From a bacterium (GTDB lineage: Bacteria; Hinthialibacterota; Hinthialibacteria; Hinthialibacterales; Hinthialibacteraceae), in assembly GCA_963662285.2 (NCBI GenBank), contig CAXXMV010000008.1, forward strand, positions 1,056,001-1,120,000: 64,000 nucleotides of DNA. The letters run 5' to 3'. The translations under genes were made by a program, and so were the position numbers. Position 1 is the first letter of the stretch, and the number at the start of each line of letters is the position of its first letter. The notes beneath the pieces are model-generated. The model was not told the DNA's origin. It made no database searches and saw only the letters and a program-made list of their open reading frames with translations. This document shows, one piece after another, positions 39,355 through 49,139 of this stretch.

Positions 39355-41145
39355 ATGATAACTTATCAACAAATCAAAAAAGGATTCAATGTTTTAATCA
39401 GTGCTTTTACTCCATATAGAGCATTATTTTTTCTGGTTCTTTTGGTTGATAGCGTTAAAGTAATCCTGGAAGTGCTGCTCCCCATATTGTTTTTACCAGT
39501 TTTTAATAATCTGCTGGGCAAATCAGATGAAACAGTTAATCTACTGGGAGTGTGGGACAACATCCTGACTTGGATGAACAACTCTTTCGGCTTTTCCGCA
39601 ATAACCGTGAGTTTACTTCTCTTATTGAGCGTATCATTTTCTAAATGCATATTCGGCGTATTATTCTCTTATCTTAATTTAAAATTATCTTACAACTACG
39701 CCAGAGATATGCGGGACATTATTTTTCAGGATCTACTCAAAACCAAGTGGTTGTACCAGTTAGAAAAACGGGTGGGTGACTCAATAGACATTATCGTCAA
39801 TCAAGTTGAACGCAGCCGGGTATGCTTGACGGATACAATAGCCTTTTTCGACTTGGCTGGCATGGCTATTCTTTACACTATCGGCGCCGCCTATATCTCC
39901 TATGTCACTATTATAGTCGCAAGCGGAGCCGTTGTGGTTATTGGCGCTGTAATTTTACCCATCGCTTTTATCTCCCGTTATTATGGAAAAAAATTGATTC
40001 AAGTGACCCACGATTTGACCAATCATATGGAAGAATCCTTAAGTGGCTTTAAGATCGTTAAAGCCTGCCGTATGGAAGCGTCAGCTGGAAAATTCGTGGC
40101 TGGTAAAACCGAAATTTGGCGGCGCTATTGCATGATCGTCGACTTGATGAAGAATATTCCCACCCATGTATTAGAATTTATCGTCATATTTGGATTGGCC
40201 TGTTTTTTGATATTGATGAATAAATATCAGATGGTTGGATTATCTGGAGCTGCGGTAACCGGAATGCTGCTTTACCGCTGCTTTACCCGCATCTCAACTC
40301 TACAAACTTTTTGGGTCAGAATATTCCAAAACATCTCCTGCGTAAAATATGTGCAGGATTTTCACGCCGAATTACTGAATAATACCGAACCTATAACAGG
40401 GCGAACCATCAACTCTTTCGAAAAAATCGAGTTTAAGAACTTTGATTTTCAATACGTTCCCGGCCAACATGCCTTGCTTAACCTGAACCTGGATATTAAC
40501 AAGGGAGATACTATTGGCATCGTGGGTGGATCAGGCGCTGGCAAAACCACTTTCGTTGATGTGCTGCTCTCTTTTCTTCCCCCGACCGCTGGTCAGATTC
40601 TGGTGAATGGAATCAGTATGCAGGATATGAATCCACATAAATGGCGCAACCTGATCGGATATGTGCCCCAGGAAGCGGTTATGTTCAATGAAAGCGTTCG
40701 ATACAATATCACATTAGGGCGCACCGACATTTCTGACGATGAGATGCGCGCCGCCGCCAAGATGGCCAATGCGGATGATTTTATCGAACAACTTACCGAT
40801 GGTTATGATACAGTTATTGGCAAGCGTGGATCAAAAATTTCCGGCGGTCAAAGGCAGCGATTGGCTCTAACTCGTGCTTTAGTGGCTAAACCTCAGATTC
40901 TTATTCTCGATGAAGTAACCAGCGCCGTCGACGCCCACACCGAAAAACGTATGCAGGATGCTTTTGAGCAGCTGAAGGGAGAAATGACTATCATTATCGT
41001 AGCCCATCGGTTAGCAACCGTGATGAAATCGGATCGCATCTTTGTTTTGGATAAAGGGCGTCTGGCGGAAAACGGCTCTCCAACTGAGTTGTTGGAAAAG
41101 AAAGGCTTGTTCAGCGAATTGGTTTCTCTTCAGAACCTAACTTAG
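39355..41145 (+). CDS. ABC transporter permease/ATPase fusion (MsbA/PglK-like flippase)
   Basis: N-terminal TMD; Walker A GGSGAGKTT; ISGGQRQR; ILDE; IVAHRL. Confidence 0.92.
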   Translation: MITYQQIKKGFNVLISAFTPYRALFFLVLLVDSVKVILEVLLPILFLPVFNNLLGKSDETVNLLGVWDNILTWMNNSFGFSAITVSLLLLLSVSFSKCIFGVLFSYLNLKLSYNYARDMRDIIFQDLLKTKWLYQLEKRVGDSIDIIVNQVERSRVCLTDTIAFFDLAGMAILYTIGAAYISYVTIIVASGAVVVIGAVILPIAFISRYYGKKLIQVTHDLTNHMEESLSGFKIVKACRMEASAGKFVAGKTEIWRRYCMIVDLMKNIPTHVLEFIVIFGLACFLILMNKYQMVGLSGAAVTGMLLYRCFTRISTLQTFWVRIFQNISCVKYVQDFHAELLNNTEPITGRTINSFEKIEFKNFDFQYVPGQHALLNLNLDINKGDTIGIVGGSGAGKTTFVDVLLSFLPPTAGQILVNGISMQDMNPHKWRNLIGYVPQEAVMFNESVRYNITLGRTDISDDEMRAAAKMANADDFIEQLTDGYDTVIGKRGSKISGGQRQRLALTRALVAKPQILILDEVTSAVDAHTEKRMQDAFEQLKGEMTIIIVAHRLATVMKSDRIFVLDKGRLAENGSPTELLEKKGLFSELVSLQNLT

Positions 41146-41165
41146 AATATTCCATGAGGACTTAA

Positions 41166-42851
41166 ATGAAATCTCTACGTAATGTATATGCGCAAAAAGC
41201 AATCAGCCAAATCCCCCGGCTGCTTTCCGCTCAGGATCGAAACCGGTTTTCGCCCACCTTCGGATGCATGAACCGCGAGTTCTGGTTATGCCGCGCTACC
41301 GATTTTCCTTCGTCTATCGCCCAATTCGGCGTACACGCCCTGGCCCTGGTTTATGCTCATAACATGCCCGGCAACATCTATTATCAGCATCCCAAAGTGC
41401 TCGAATGGACTCTAGCGGGTATGGAATATTGGACCAAAATTCAGCATAATGACGGCTCCTTTGATGAGTTCTATCCCAACGAACGCGGCTGGGCCGGGCC
41501 AACCGGATTCCTGCTCTACGTCATGTGCGATTCCTACCGCCGCCTGCAGGACGTCGTCCCTGAAGAGATCAAGAATCGCCTGTTCAAGAGTATGCATAAG
41601 GCGGCAAAATTTCTAGCCAGCACTGATGAATCGGGCGTGTTAGCCAACCACCACGCTATGGCTATCCTGCCGCTGGTGGAAGCCAATAGTTTCCTGGATG
41701 ACAGTGAAATCAATTTCGCTATCAAACAAAAACTGGATGAGTTCTTCACTTACTGCGACGATGAGGGATGGTGTCTTGAGTATGACGGCGCCGACCCCGG
41801 TTATCTATCCGCCACCGTGAGTTTCATCAGCAAAACCCGGCTGCTTTATCAGGACGAGCGCTTTTTGCCTTTCCTGGAAAAGTGGGTGGAATTCAGCAGT
41901 TATTTCGTCTACCCCAACGGCCATTACGGCGGGACGGCGGGCAGCCGCCAGACGCTGCATTTTTATCCTCACGGCTACGAACTTATGTCAGAAGAGATTC
42001 CACTGGCGGGTTACGTAGCTGACAAGATGCTGGAAGGATTGCGCGACGGCGCCTTGGTTCCACCTGAGATTCAGGGCGAACGCTACTACGTCTACCGCAT
42101 CCCCGAACTGCTGCTCTCATACATCGATTATGGCGAACGCCCCATTTCACCGCCTCCCCTGCCCTACGAGCGCGAGCCGTTCAGAAAATATTTCCCCGGC
42201 GCCCGCATCCTGGTAGAGAAGAAGGAAAACTCATACACCGTCATAAACGCCGCCAAGGGCTGCGTGGTCAAGCATTTCGATTTACCCGGCGGAGAAATCC
42301 GCATTAATAACTGCGGCGTCATCGGTCAACTTTTCAACGGCAAAATTTTCACCAGCCAATGGATAGACGCCAAACACGAAATTAAGGAATCCAAGAGTTC
42401 CATTACCGTGCTTGGTAATTGCCACAAGATTCCCACCAAGGTTTTCAATCCCTGGAAATTCATCATTTTCAGGTTGGTCATGCTGACCTTCGGCTGGCAC
42501 GAAAGACTGGCTTACCACTTAAAAGGTCTAATCAGAAATATCCTGATGACCGGCAGCAAACCTGCGCCGGTGCGCTTTGAACGTTGCTTCCGTTTCTTCA
42601 ACAAGGGCGTGGAGATATCAACCCGCATCTGGCTTCAAAAATCAGCCCGCATCACCGGCTTACAAATCGGAGACGAATTCCCGGCGCGCTACGTCCCCCA
42701 ATCGCGCTATTTCCAACCCCAGGAACTCCAGGTGCAGGGGCGCATGTTAACCACCGAAGAACTGGAAGAACTAAACCGAACCCGCACCCTATGCGTTGTC
42801 GAACAATACATCAACGGAAAAAACCAAAGCATCTTTTCTGTTGAAGATTAA
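41166..42851 (+). CDS. Conserved hypothetical protein of polysaccharide clusters (alpha/alpha-toroid-like)
   Basis: 561-aa ORF with RBS; Q..DGSFDE and EYDGADPGY motifs; last gene of the pse operon. Confidence 0.6.
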   Translation: MKSLRNVYAQKAISQIPRLLSAQDRNRFSPTFGCMNREFWLCRATDFPSSIAQFGVHALALVYAHNMPGNIYYQHPKVLEWTLAGMEYWTKIQHNDGSFDEFYPNERGWAGPTGFLLYVMCDSYRRLQDVVPEEIKNRLFKSMHKAAKFLASTDESGVLANHHAMAILPLVEANSFLDDSEINFAIKQKLDEFFTYCDDEGWCLEYDGADPGYLSATVSFISKTRLLYQDERFLPFLEKWVEFSSYFVYPNGHYGGTAGSRQTLHFYPHGYELMSEEIPLAGYVADKMLEGLRDGALVPPEIQGERYYVYRIPELLLSYIDYGERPISPPPLPYEREPFRKYFPGARILVEKKENSYTVINAAKGCVVKHFDLPGGEIRINNCGVIGQLFNGKIFTSQWIDAKHEIKESKSSITVLGNCHKIPTKVFNPWKFIIFRLVMLTFGWHERLAYHLKGLIRNILMTGSKPAPVRFERCFRFFNKGVEISTRIWLQKSARITGLQIGDEFPARYVPQSRYFQPQELQVQGRMLTTEELEELNRTRTLCVVEQYINGKNQSIFSVED

Positions 42852-42947
42852 TTGAAGGGTTTTAAAAGAACCATCCTTTTTAATTCTTACTCAGGATTGT
42901 AAGAGCGGCTAGAATACAAATACTCAAATCATTGGAGAGGAGAAATT

Positions 42948-43694
42948 ATGAAACGATTGACTCTTATCACAGTTGCAATGTCTATGTTGTTCATGTACGG
43001 CTGTTCGACCACTGGAAGAAAAGCATCATACCAACCGGGTCAACAGGTTGCATGTGAAATGTCGAAAAAAGTGGAGGTCAATATTGGCTATCAGTTATTC
43101 CTGCCAGCCAGTTATGACCAGAAAGAAAACAAAGACTGGCCCATGATTCTGTTCCTGCACGGCGCAGGCGAACGGGGTGATGATCTGGAAAAGGTCAAAA
43201 TGCATGGGCCTCCCAAGATGGTTGAGACCGATCCAGATTTCAGATTCGTAGTAGTCTCTCCCCAATGCCCCACAGGACAGTTCTGGGATATCGCTGTATT
43301 GAATGCTCTACTGGATGAAATTATCGAAAAATATAACATCGACCAGGATCGCATTTATTTGACTGGCCTGAGCATGGGCGGTTATGGAACCTGGAACCTG
43401 TCCACCTACCACGCCGACCGCTTCGCCGCCATCGCTCCAATATGCGGCGGCGGACAAGCCCGCTTGGCTCTTTGGATGCTTAAGGGAATGCCCATCTGGG
43501 TCTTCCACGGCGCCAAAGATAACACTGTTCCCATATCAGAATCAAAGAATATGGTTGAAGCGCTGAAAAAAGCGGGAGAAGATGTCCGCTTCACCATCTA
43601 CCCCGAAGCAGGACACGATTCCTGGACCCAGGCCTACAACACCCCCGAACTATTCGATTGGTTCCTGTCGCACAAACGCAGCGATAGAAAATAA
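42948..43694 (+). CDS. Alpha/beta hydrolase (carboxylesterase/peptidase-like) lipoprotein
   Basis: Lipobox MYGC; FLHGAGERG; GLSMGG nucleophile elbow; HGAKD; GHDSW. Confidence 0.9.
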   Translation: MKRLTLITVAMSMLFMYGCSTTGRKASYQPGQQVACEMSKKVEVNIGYQLFLPASYDQKENKDWPMILFLHGAGERGDDLEKVKMHGPPKMVETDPDFRFVVVSPQCPTGQFWDIAVLNALLDEIIEKYNIDQDRIYLTGLSMGGYGTWNLSTYHADRFAAIAPICGGGQARLALWMLKGMPIWVFHGAKDNTVPISESKNMVEALKKAGEDVRFTIYPEAGHDSWTQAYNTPELFDWFLSHKRSDRK

Positions 43695-43732
43695 CAAGTT
43701 TCACAAAGTTTTAGGTCTATCAACAAACCCAA

Positions 43733-43769
43733 AAGAGGCGCCAGTGATCAACACCGGCGCCTCTTGTTT
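43733..43769. terminator. Bidirectional terminator-like hairpin between convergent genes
   Basis: aagaggcgccagtg-atcaa-caccggcgcctctt. Confidence 0.7.
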
Positions 43770-43790
43770 AATATGTCATTAAGCGGAATG

Positions 43791-43831
43791 GGGGTGGCAA
43801 GGGCAAGACCGCAATGCGGTCAGCCCTTGAT
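43791..43831 (+). repeat. REP-like palindrome, family A copy
   Basis: caagggcaagaccgcaatgcggtcagcccttgat, identical to 18510-18543. Confidence 0.85.
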
Positions 43832-43923
43832 TTAGTCCACCTCTTCCATTTCAATAATTTCCACAAACGATCCACACGAAAATCATAATCCTTGGTTTGA
43901 TTTCGTTTCTCAACAATTTCCAG

Positions 43924-43957
43924 TCAAGGGCAGAAAGGACACTGCCCTTGGCACCCA
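43924..43957 (-). repeat. REP-like palindrome, family A variant in inverted orientation
   Basis: Reverse complement tgggtgccaagggcagtgtcctttctgcccttga. Confidence 0.65.
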
Positions 43958-43964
43958 CTATCCA

Positions 43965-46295
43965 CTATCCACTAATAACAAAATCACCTTCCAACCGAAT
44001 ATCCTCAGATGAATGCCCGATCATGATATGGAATTTCCCCGGCTCTACAACACGGTTCATGTTACGGTCAACCAGGGATAAATGATCCGGGGTCAGGATG
44101 AATTCGACAGTTCGCTTTTGCCCAGGCTCCAAGACGATTTTTTGAAACCCTTTCAATTCTTTCACAGGCTTCACAACCGAACTTTGCACGTCGCGGATAT
44201 AGAGTTGAGCCACTTCGGCGCCTTGCATCTTACCAGTATTCTTGATATCGACGCTAATCTTGATGTTTCCAGCAACGCCGTTCTCTTGGGGAGAGATGTA
44301 CAGGTTGCTATATTCAAAGGTGGTATAGCTCAACCCAAAACCAAATTCATATAATGGTTTGGGAGAAATATCGACGTACGAATTGCCCCATCCTTCAGTA
44401 AGCCAATATTGCTTGGATGGTTTGTGGTTATAGAAAACCGGCAGTTGCCCAACATGACGCGGAACCGTGATCGGCAAACGTCCGCTGGGGTTATAGTCGC
44501 CGAAGAGCACATCGGCGATAGCATGTCCACCCTTTTCGCCGCACATCCACGGTTCGACGATGGCCGGGATATGTTCAGCGATCCAACGGGTAGCCAGCGG
44601 CCTGCCATTAATCAGAATAACTATGGTCGGAGTTCCGGTCTTGTACACTGCTTTGACCAGATCGAGTTGCATACCGGTCAGTTCCAGAGTGGCGCAATCA
44701 TAGCCTTCTCCATTGGTGCCTTTCTTGCCAGCGGTTTCCCACTCGTTCTCACCAATAACCACGATAGCTACTTCGGCTTTTTTAGCAGCAGCGACCGCCT
44801 TATCAATTTCATCCAACTCTTCACCGATGACATCACAGCCTTTGACGTATTCGATATTGGCGGAAACCTTGTCTTTGATGCCGTCCAGTACAGTTACAAT
44901 ATCCTGCAAAACTACCTTGGAGGTGTAATCGCCCAGTTGGTTTTTCTCATGATCTGCGTTAGGACCTATCACCGCAATAGATTTGATATCCTTGCTAAGC
45001 GGCAGCAGGTTCTTTTCATTTTTAAGCAGAACAATTCCTTCACGCGCCGCCTTTAAAGCGACTGCTTGATGCTCTTCGGTAAGACGAACCGCGACGGCGT
45101 GATCAGCGTCAACCAAAGGATTCTCGAACAAACCCAGACGGAATTTTAATCTGAGGATGCGGCGCACCGAGCGGTCAATGTTCTTGATTGAAACCTTGCC
45201 TTGCTTCACGGCATCAACCAGCGGCTTCATAAATCCGGCTTCGTAAGAAATGCCCACATCAAGCCCGGCGTTCAAGCACATAACGCCCGCCTGCTGCTGA
45301 TCGGCGGCGATGCCTTCATAGACTGGAGTGGTTACGCCGCCTCCCTCGCCCAGCACCAGACCTTCGAATTGTAATTCTCCGCGTAATATGTCTGTTAGTA
45401 TTTTCGAAGATACATGCGCCGGAACGCCATCGATAGCCGGATAGGTGGCCATAACGCCTAATGCGCCGCCATGTTTGATCCCAGCCACCCACGAAGGCAG
45501 GAACACTTCGCGCAAGGTGCGTTCAGAGATTTCCATGGCGCCCCGCTCCAAACCGCTGGCTGGTTGGCTTTGTCCGGGGTAATGGCAAAAACCAGCCACC
45601 GTTTTATCCGGCGCCGATATGTCATAACCCTGGATGGCTTTAACGATATTTTTAGCATACATGGAAATCAGATAAGGGTCTTCAGAGTACCCCTCCTGGT
45701 TGCGCCCCAATCGCGGGTCGCGGTTTGGTTCAATAACCAGCGTGAATAACTGATGGATGCCCACCGACCGCGCTTCACGGGCTGCAATGGTATAGACCTC
45801 ATGGATCAAATCAGGATTCCAGGCGCTGCCCAGAGCCAGACCTTCGGGAAAGATGGTTCCGCCGGAACACATCAAACCATGCGTCCCCTCTTCGGTTTGC
45901 AGCAGTGGGATTTTCAGACGGGTCTGTTCTATCGCAATATGCTGAAGTTCATTGAAATACTCGGCCTGCTGCCGCGCTCCCTCTTGCAGGATATGATTAG
46001 CCAGGGTGAAGAATCCCCCGCCTGGCCCGATTTCATCGGTATACTCGCCCAAAGCGAACTTGCGGCAAGAATCCTGTTTTTTCTCAACGCCGTTACCCAG
46101 TTCGCCTACATAGACGCAGGGCATATTCATTTGCCCGACTTTTTCCTTCAAAGTCATACGCGACAATAAATCATCAACCCGCTTCTCGATTGGTTGGCTC
46201 GAATCCATATAGATCGGTTTCGCCATGGAAATGACGCTGGAAAATGAGATGAGGAGAGATGCAAAAATTGTAAGAGATAATAATCTGCGGAACAT
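43965..46295 (-). CDS. Glycoside hydrolase family 3 (beta-glucosidase/xylosidase-like) with Fn3-like domain
   Basis: RVDDLLSRMTLKEK, EEGTHG, RDPRLGRNQEGYSEDP, VLLKN..LLPL, NPSGRLP, FGFGLSYTTF; GGAGG RBS supports ATG 46295. Confidence 0.93.
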   Translation of the reverse strand: MFRRLLSLTIFASLLISFSSVISMAKPIYMDSSQPIEKRVDDLLSRMTLKEKVGQMNMPCVYVGELGNGVEKKQDSCRKFALGEYTDEIGPGGGFFTLANHILQEGARQQAEYFNELQHIAIEQTRLKIPLLQTEEGTHGLMCSGGTIFPEGLALGSAWNPDLIHEVYTIAAREARSVGIHQLFTLVIEPNRDPRLGRNQEGYSEDPYLISMYAKNIVKAIQGYDISAPDKTVAGFCHYPGQSQPASGLERGAMEISERTLREVFLPSWVAGIKHGGALGVMATYPAIDGVPAHVSSKILTDILRGELQFEGLVLGEGGGVTTPVYEGIAADQQQAGVMCLNAGLDVGISYEAGFMKPLVDAVKQGKVSIKNIDRSVRRILRLKFRLGLFENPLVDADHAVAVRLTEEHQAVALKAAREGIVLLKNEKNLLPLSKDIKSIAVIGPNADHEKNQLGDYTSKVVLQDIVTVLDGIKDKVSANIEYVKGCDVIGEELDEIDKAVAAAKKAEVAIVVIGENEWETAGKKGTNGEGYDCATLELTGMQLDLVKAVYKTGTPTIVILINGRPLATRWIAEHIPAIVEPWMCGEKGGHAIADVLFGDYNPSGRLPITVPRHVGQLPVFYNHKPSKQYWLTEGWGNSYVDISPKPLYEFGFGLSYTTFEYSNLYISPQENGVAGNIKISVDIKNTGKMQGAEVAQLYIRDVQSSVVKPVKELKGFQKIVLEPGQKRTVEFILTPDHLSLVDRNMNRVVEPGKFHIMIGHSSEDIRLEGDFVISG

Positions 46296-46387
46296 AATAA
46301 AATAAACCTCCATTAAGAATGAATTGGAGGCATTATTTCATGTTTTAGGATTAATTTTTAGAGAAGGGAGAGATTATTGCGAAATTA

Positions 46388-47734
46388 TTATTCTATAATA
46401 TCTGCCGCTAGCCTAAGTCCAACATATTTATAATGTGAGCCTTCGTAGTCACTAACATCCTTAAGTGTCTTAATTCTATAACTTGCTCGACAATCCCAAT
46501 AACTACTAAGACAATTCCCACCCTTTACAATTCCATCTGTTGATTGGTTCGCATTTATCCAAGCTATTCCTTTGTTTTTGTGTGGGTATTTCCTTATATC
46601 ATCATGCCAATCATCCTTCACCCATTCAGATACATTTCCTAACATATCATATAATCCAAAAGAATTCGGAAAACGAATGTTATTTATTGAGTTGAAAACA
46701 GCTTTAGGTATTCCAAGTCTTTCGTCAGAGTATTTAGAATTTACATAATAATGTGAGAGAATATTAATAACCTGTTGTGCTTCATCAGGTCCAATATCTC
46801 CGCTATTTCTTAATTTTGCTTCTATTTGAGCACCATAAAACATAAATGGATGATGCTTAAAATAGAAAAAAACATCATTTGTTCCTTCCTTACAAGCGTA
46901 TTCCCATTCAGCTTCTGAAGGAAGCCTAAATTTTATTTTCTTATTATTTACTATCTTTTGATTACCACCAAATAAATAATTTTTATTTTCTACATAAATG
47001 ATTTTTGTAGCGCTATTAATCCTGCTATTTAATTGAGATATAAAGGTTTCGCATTTCTCTTGAGAAATATAATAAACAGGAAGATTATCACCAATATGGT
47101 TATATGTACAATCATGTGTTTCTTCATTGATCGGATTGTTATTCATCACGGTTATCCATTGTTTTTGAGTTACTTCATAAATTCCAATATAAAAATCTTT
47201 TTTTATAGATACAGATGTTGACTGTTCATTTCCAGAAGCATTTTTGATTGATGGAATTGGAAATTTATGGTAACTTTGTGGCAATCCCATTTGAAAAGTT
47301 ATACTTCGAGGTTGAATCTTTCTCAAATAAAAAGAAACATACTCCTTATTATTAGATATACTAGGGACTTGTACTTGTAAGGTTTCTATTTTAAGTGGAT
47401 AAAGAAAATCATAAAATAACATGCTAGACTTAGAAATCCAAGGGATATATCCAGGTATAAAAATAGAAAGAAAAATAATTGAAAATACAGCAATCAGGAT
47501 TGGATAAAAACTAAAATAACGAGTTGGTTTCACTCCTCGATTTAGATAAAAAGAAATTTTTTTTTGAATATATTCATGGCATTTTACGTAATAAGAACTA
47601 AGCAACAAACTTATTATTGTTATGATTGAATTCGATAAGTTGCTATCTGAAAAAAAATTCAAGATGATGTTTATACAATATAATAAAATCACTGACAAAA
47701 AAAGATAAATAATTAATGATATTGTAAAAATCAT
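46388..47734 (-). CDS. Membrane-anchored FGE-sulfatase (SUMF1, C-type lectin fold) domain protein
   Basis: About 3 N-terminal TMs; FYIGIYEVTQKQW, FRLPSEAEWEYAC, PNSFGLYDMLGNVSEW, VGLRL; very AT-rich. Confidence 0.88.
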   Translation of the reverse strand: MIFTISLIIYLFLSVILLYCINIILNFFSDSNLSNSIITIISLLLSSYYVKCHEYIQKKISFYLNRGVKPTRYFSFYPILIAVFSIIFLSIFIPGYIPWISKSSMLFYDFLYPLKIETLQVQVPSISNNKEYVSFYLRKIQPRSITFQMGLPQSYHKFPIPSIKNASGNEQSTSVSIKKDFYIGIYEVTQKQWITVMNNNPINEETHDCTYNHIGDNLPVYYISQEKCETFISQLNSRINSATKIIYVENKNYLFGGNQKIVNNKKIKFRLPSEAEWEYACKEGTNDVFFYFKHHPFMFYGAQIEAKLRNSGDIGPDEAQQVINILSHYYVNSKYSDERLGIPKAVFNSINNIRFPNSFGLYDMLGNVSEWVKDDWHDDIRKYPHKNKGIAWINANQSTDGIVKGGNCLSSYWDCRASYRIKTLKDVSDYEGSHYKYVGLRLAADIIE

Positions 47735-47762
47735 AATTAACTTCTTAACCTCTCAAGAATTC

Positions 47763-48260
47763 TTATATTTGGCTCAATCTTTTCTTGGCTTTTAACTTTT
47801 TTTCCACTACAACAGGATCAATTTCTTCCTCTACGGGTTCTTCTTCAATATTATTCGCTTTGGTTTTCTCGAAAAACTTTAGGAAGTAGATTACCCCGAT
47901 AATTAAAATAACAGTGCCAACATGAATAATCGGCGACGTCCCCTCCTTTGGATCATTCAAATAAGCATTAAGCATTAGCAGAATCACCAGAAAAACAATA
48001 AAATGAAACAAGAAAACCAGCATCAAAAAACTGGCGTTCTTCCATACATTAACTCTCTTATTTCTGATGATGTAATAACTCATGTAGGATATCCCGATCC
48101 CGTACAAACAAAGAACCAGGAAAAGAAGACGCAGCCAAAAGGGTAAGATATTATGAGATTCAACAAATACCATACCAAATCCGCAAAACGAGACAAACCC
48201 GGCCAGGCCAATTAGCACCCAAGAAAATCGACCCCAAGATTGCTGCTGTTTATCATTCAC
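47763..48260 (-). CDS. Hypothetical 4-TM membrane protein
   Basis: Four hydrophobic segments, charged C-tail, GTG start with GAGGGAG RBS. Confidence 0.65.
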   Translation of the reverse strand: MNDKQQQSWGRFSWVLIGLAGFVSFCGFGMVFVESHNILPFWLRLLFLVLCLYGIGISYMSYYIIRNKRVNVWKNASFLMLVFLFHFIVFLVILLMLNAYLNDPKEGTSPIIHVGTVILIIGVIYFLKFFEKTKANNIEEEPVEEEIDPVVVEKKLKAKKRLSQI

Positions 48261-48508
48261 CGTATTTGCTCCCTCAACGATTCAAATTCAATATAATTAA
48301 ACAAATAACCAAGACCTATTATAGATAATTAAGCATATAATTGAATAATAATCTACTACTAATTTGAAGAAATTTTAATAAACATCAGTTTGGGTAATAT
48401 TTATTATGAGTTTTTATTATTAAATAGACTAAACGGGTAGCAAGGGCTTTGCTTCGACGATCATATGAGTTTCACCGTTTAACTTTATACCTACGAGGTC
48501 TTATTACT

Positions 48509-48982
48509 ATGCCAAAGAAATATGAAATTCCACTTTTCCTTGCTAACTTACTTACTCAGGAAACATACGATACGTGGCTCAGGCGAAAAGCTCAGGCACA
48601 TGTTAAAAGGGATAGAAAAAGAGGTAACTCTGAAGCGACTGGGAAAATTTACAGCACAGCAATCCATTCCGCAGTTATCGAAAGCCAAGGAAAAGACGCT
48701 TATACAGGAGAGATATTAAATTGGAAACTTATCAGTCAATACGACAACAAAAGTTCAAAAAAAGGTGGACGTTCCTATAGACATAAATTTGCCCTCCTAC
48801 CGACAGTCGATCATGTTGGCGATGGTATGGGTGCTCCTGATTTCAAAATCTGTTCATGGCGCACTAATGACTCCAAAAACGATCTTTCTTTAAATGAATT
48901 CACCGATTTGTGCAAAAAGGTACTCCGACGCCAAGGCTACTCAATTGTCGATATTGAGAAGAAAAATCGCCGTATCAAGTAA
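48509..48982 (+). CDS. HNH-like (His-Me finger) endonuclease
   Basis: GKDAYTGE..., PTVDHV..., CSWRTNDSKNDLSLNEF..LCKKV pattern; GAGGT RBS before ATG 48509. Confidence 0.6.
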   Translation: MPKKYEIPLFLANLLTQETYDTWLRRKAQAHVKRDRKRGNSEATGKIYSTAIHSAVIESQGKDAYTGEILNWKLISQYDNKSSKKGGRSYRHKFALLPTVDHVGDGMGAPDFKICSWRTNDSKNDLSLNEFTDLCKKVLRRQGYSIVDIEKKNRRIK

Positions 48983-49065
48983 AGATTACAATGTTGATGA
49001 GTAACAGGCGGCAAGGATGGAAAAATAACCAGTACGGGGTAATTAGTTAAGCAAGGTATAAATTT

Positions 49066-49103
49066 AAAAAAATCAAGAGGCATAGAAAAAATCCATGCCT
49101 CTT
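49066..49103 (-). terminator. Terminator after rplS
   Basis: aagaggcat...atgcctctt hairpin with an A tract on +. Confidence 0.6.
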
Positions 49104-49139
49104 AAGATTATTAACTGGTATGCAAGAACAGTTTTATGC

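Noticed and set aside
44409-45056. 215-aa ORF antisense to the GH3 gene, and similar shadow ORFs opposite accC, ffh, rplS and the pse genes
   Set aside because: They lie entirely opposite well-supported genes and have no recognisable motifs, so they are probably codon-bias shadows.
46388-46540. FGE-sulfatase C-terminus as a diversity-generating retroelement variable region
   Set aside because: No template repeat or reverse transcriptase was seen in the window. A remote DGR cannot be excluded.
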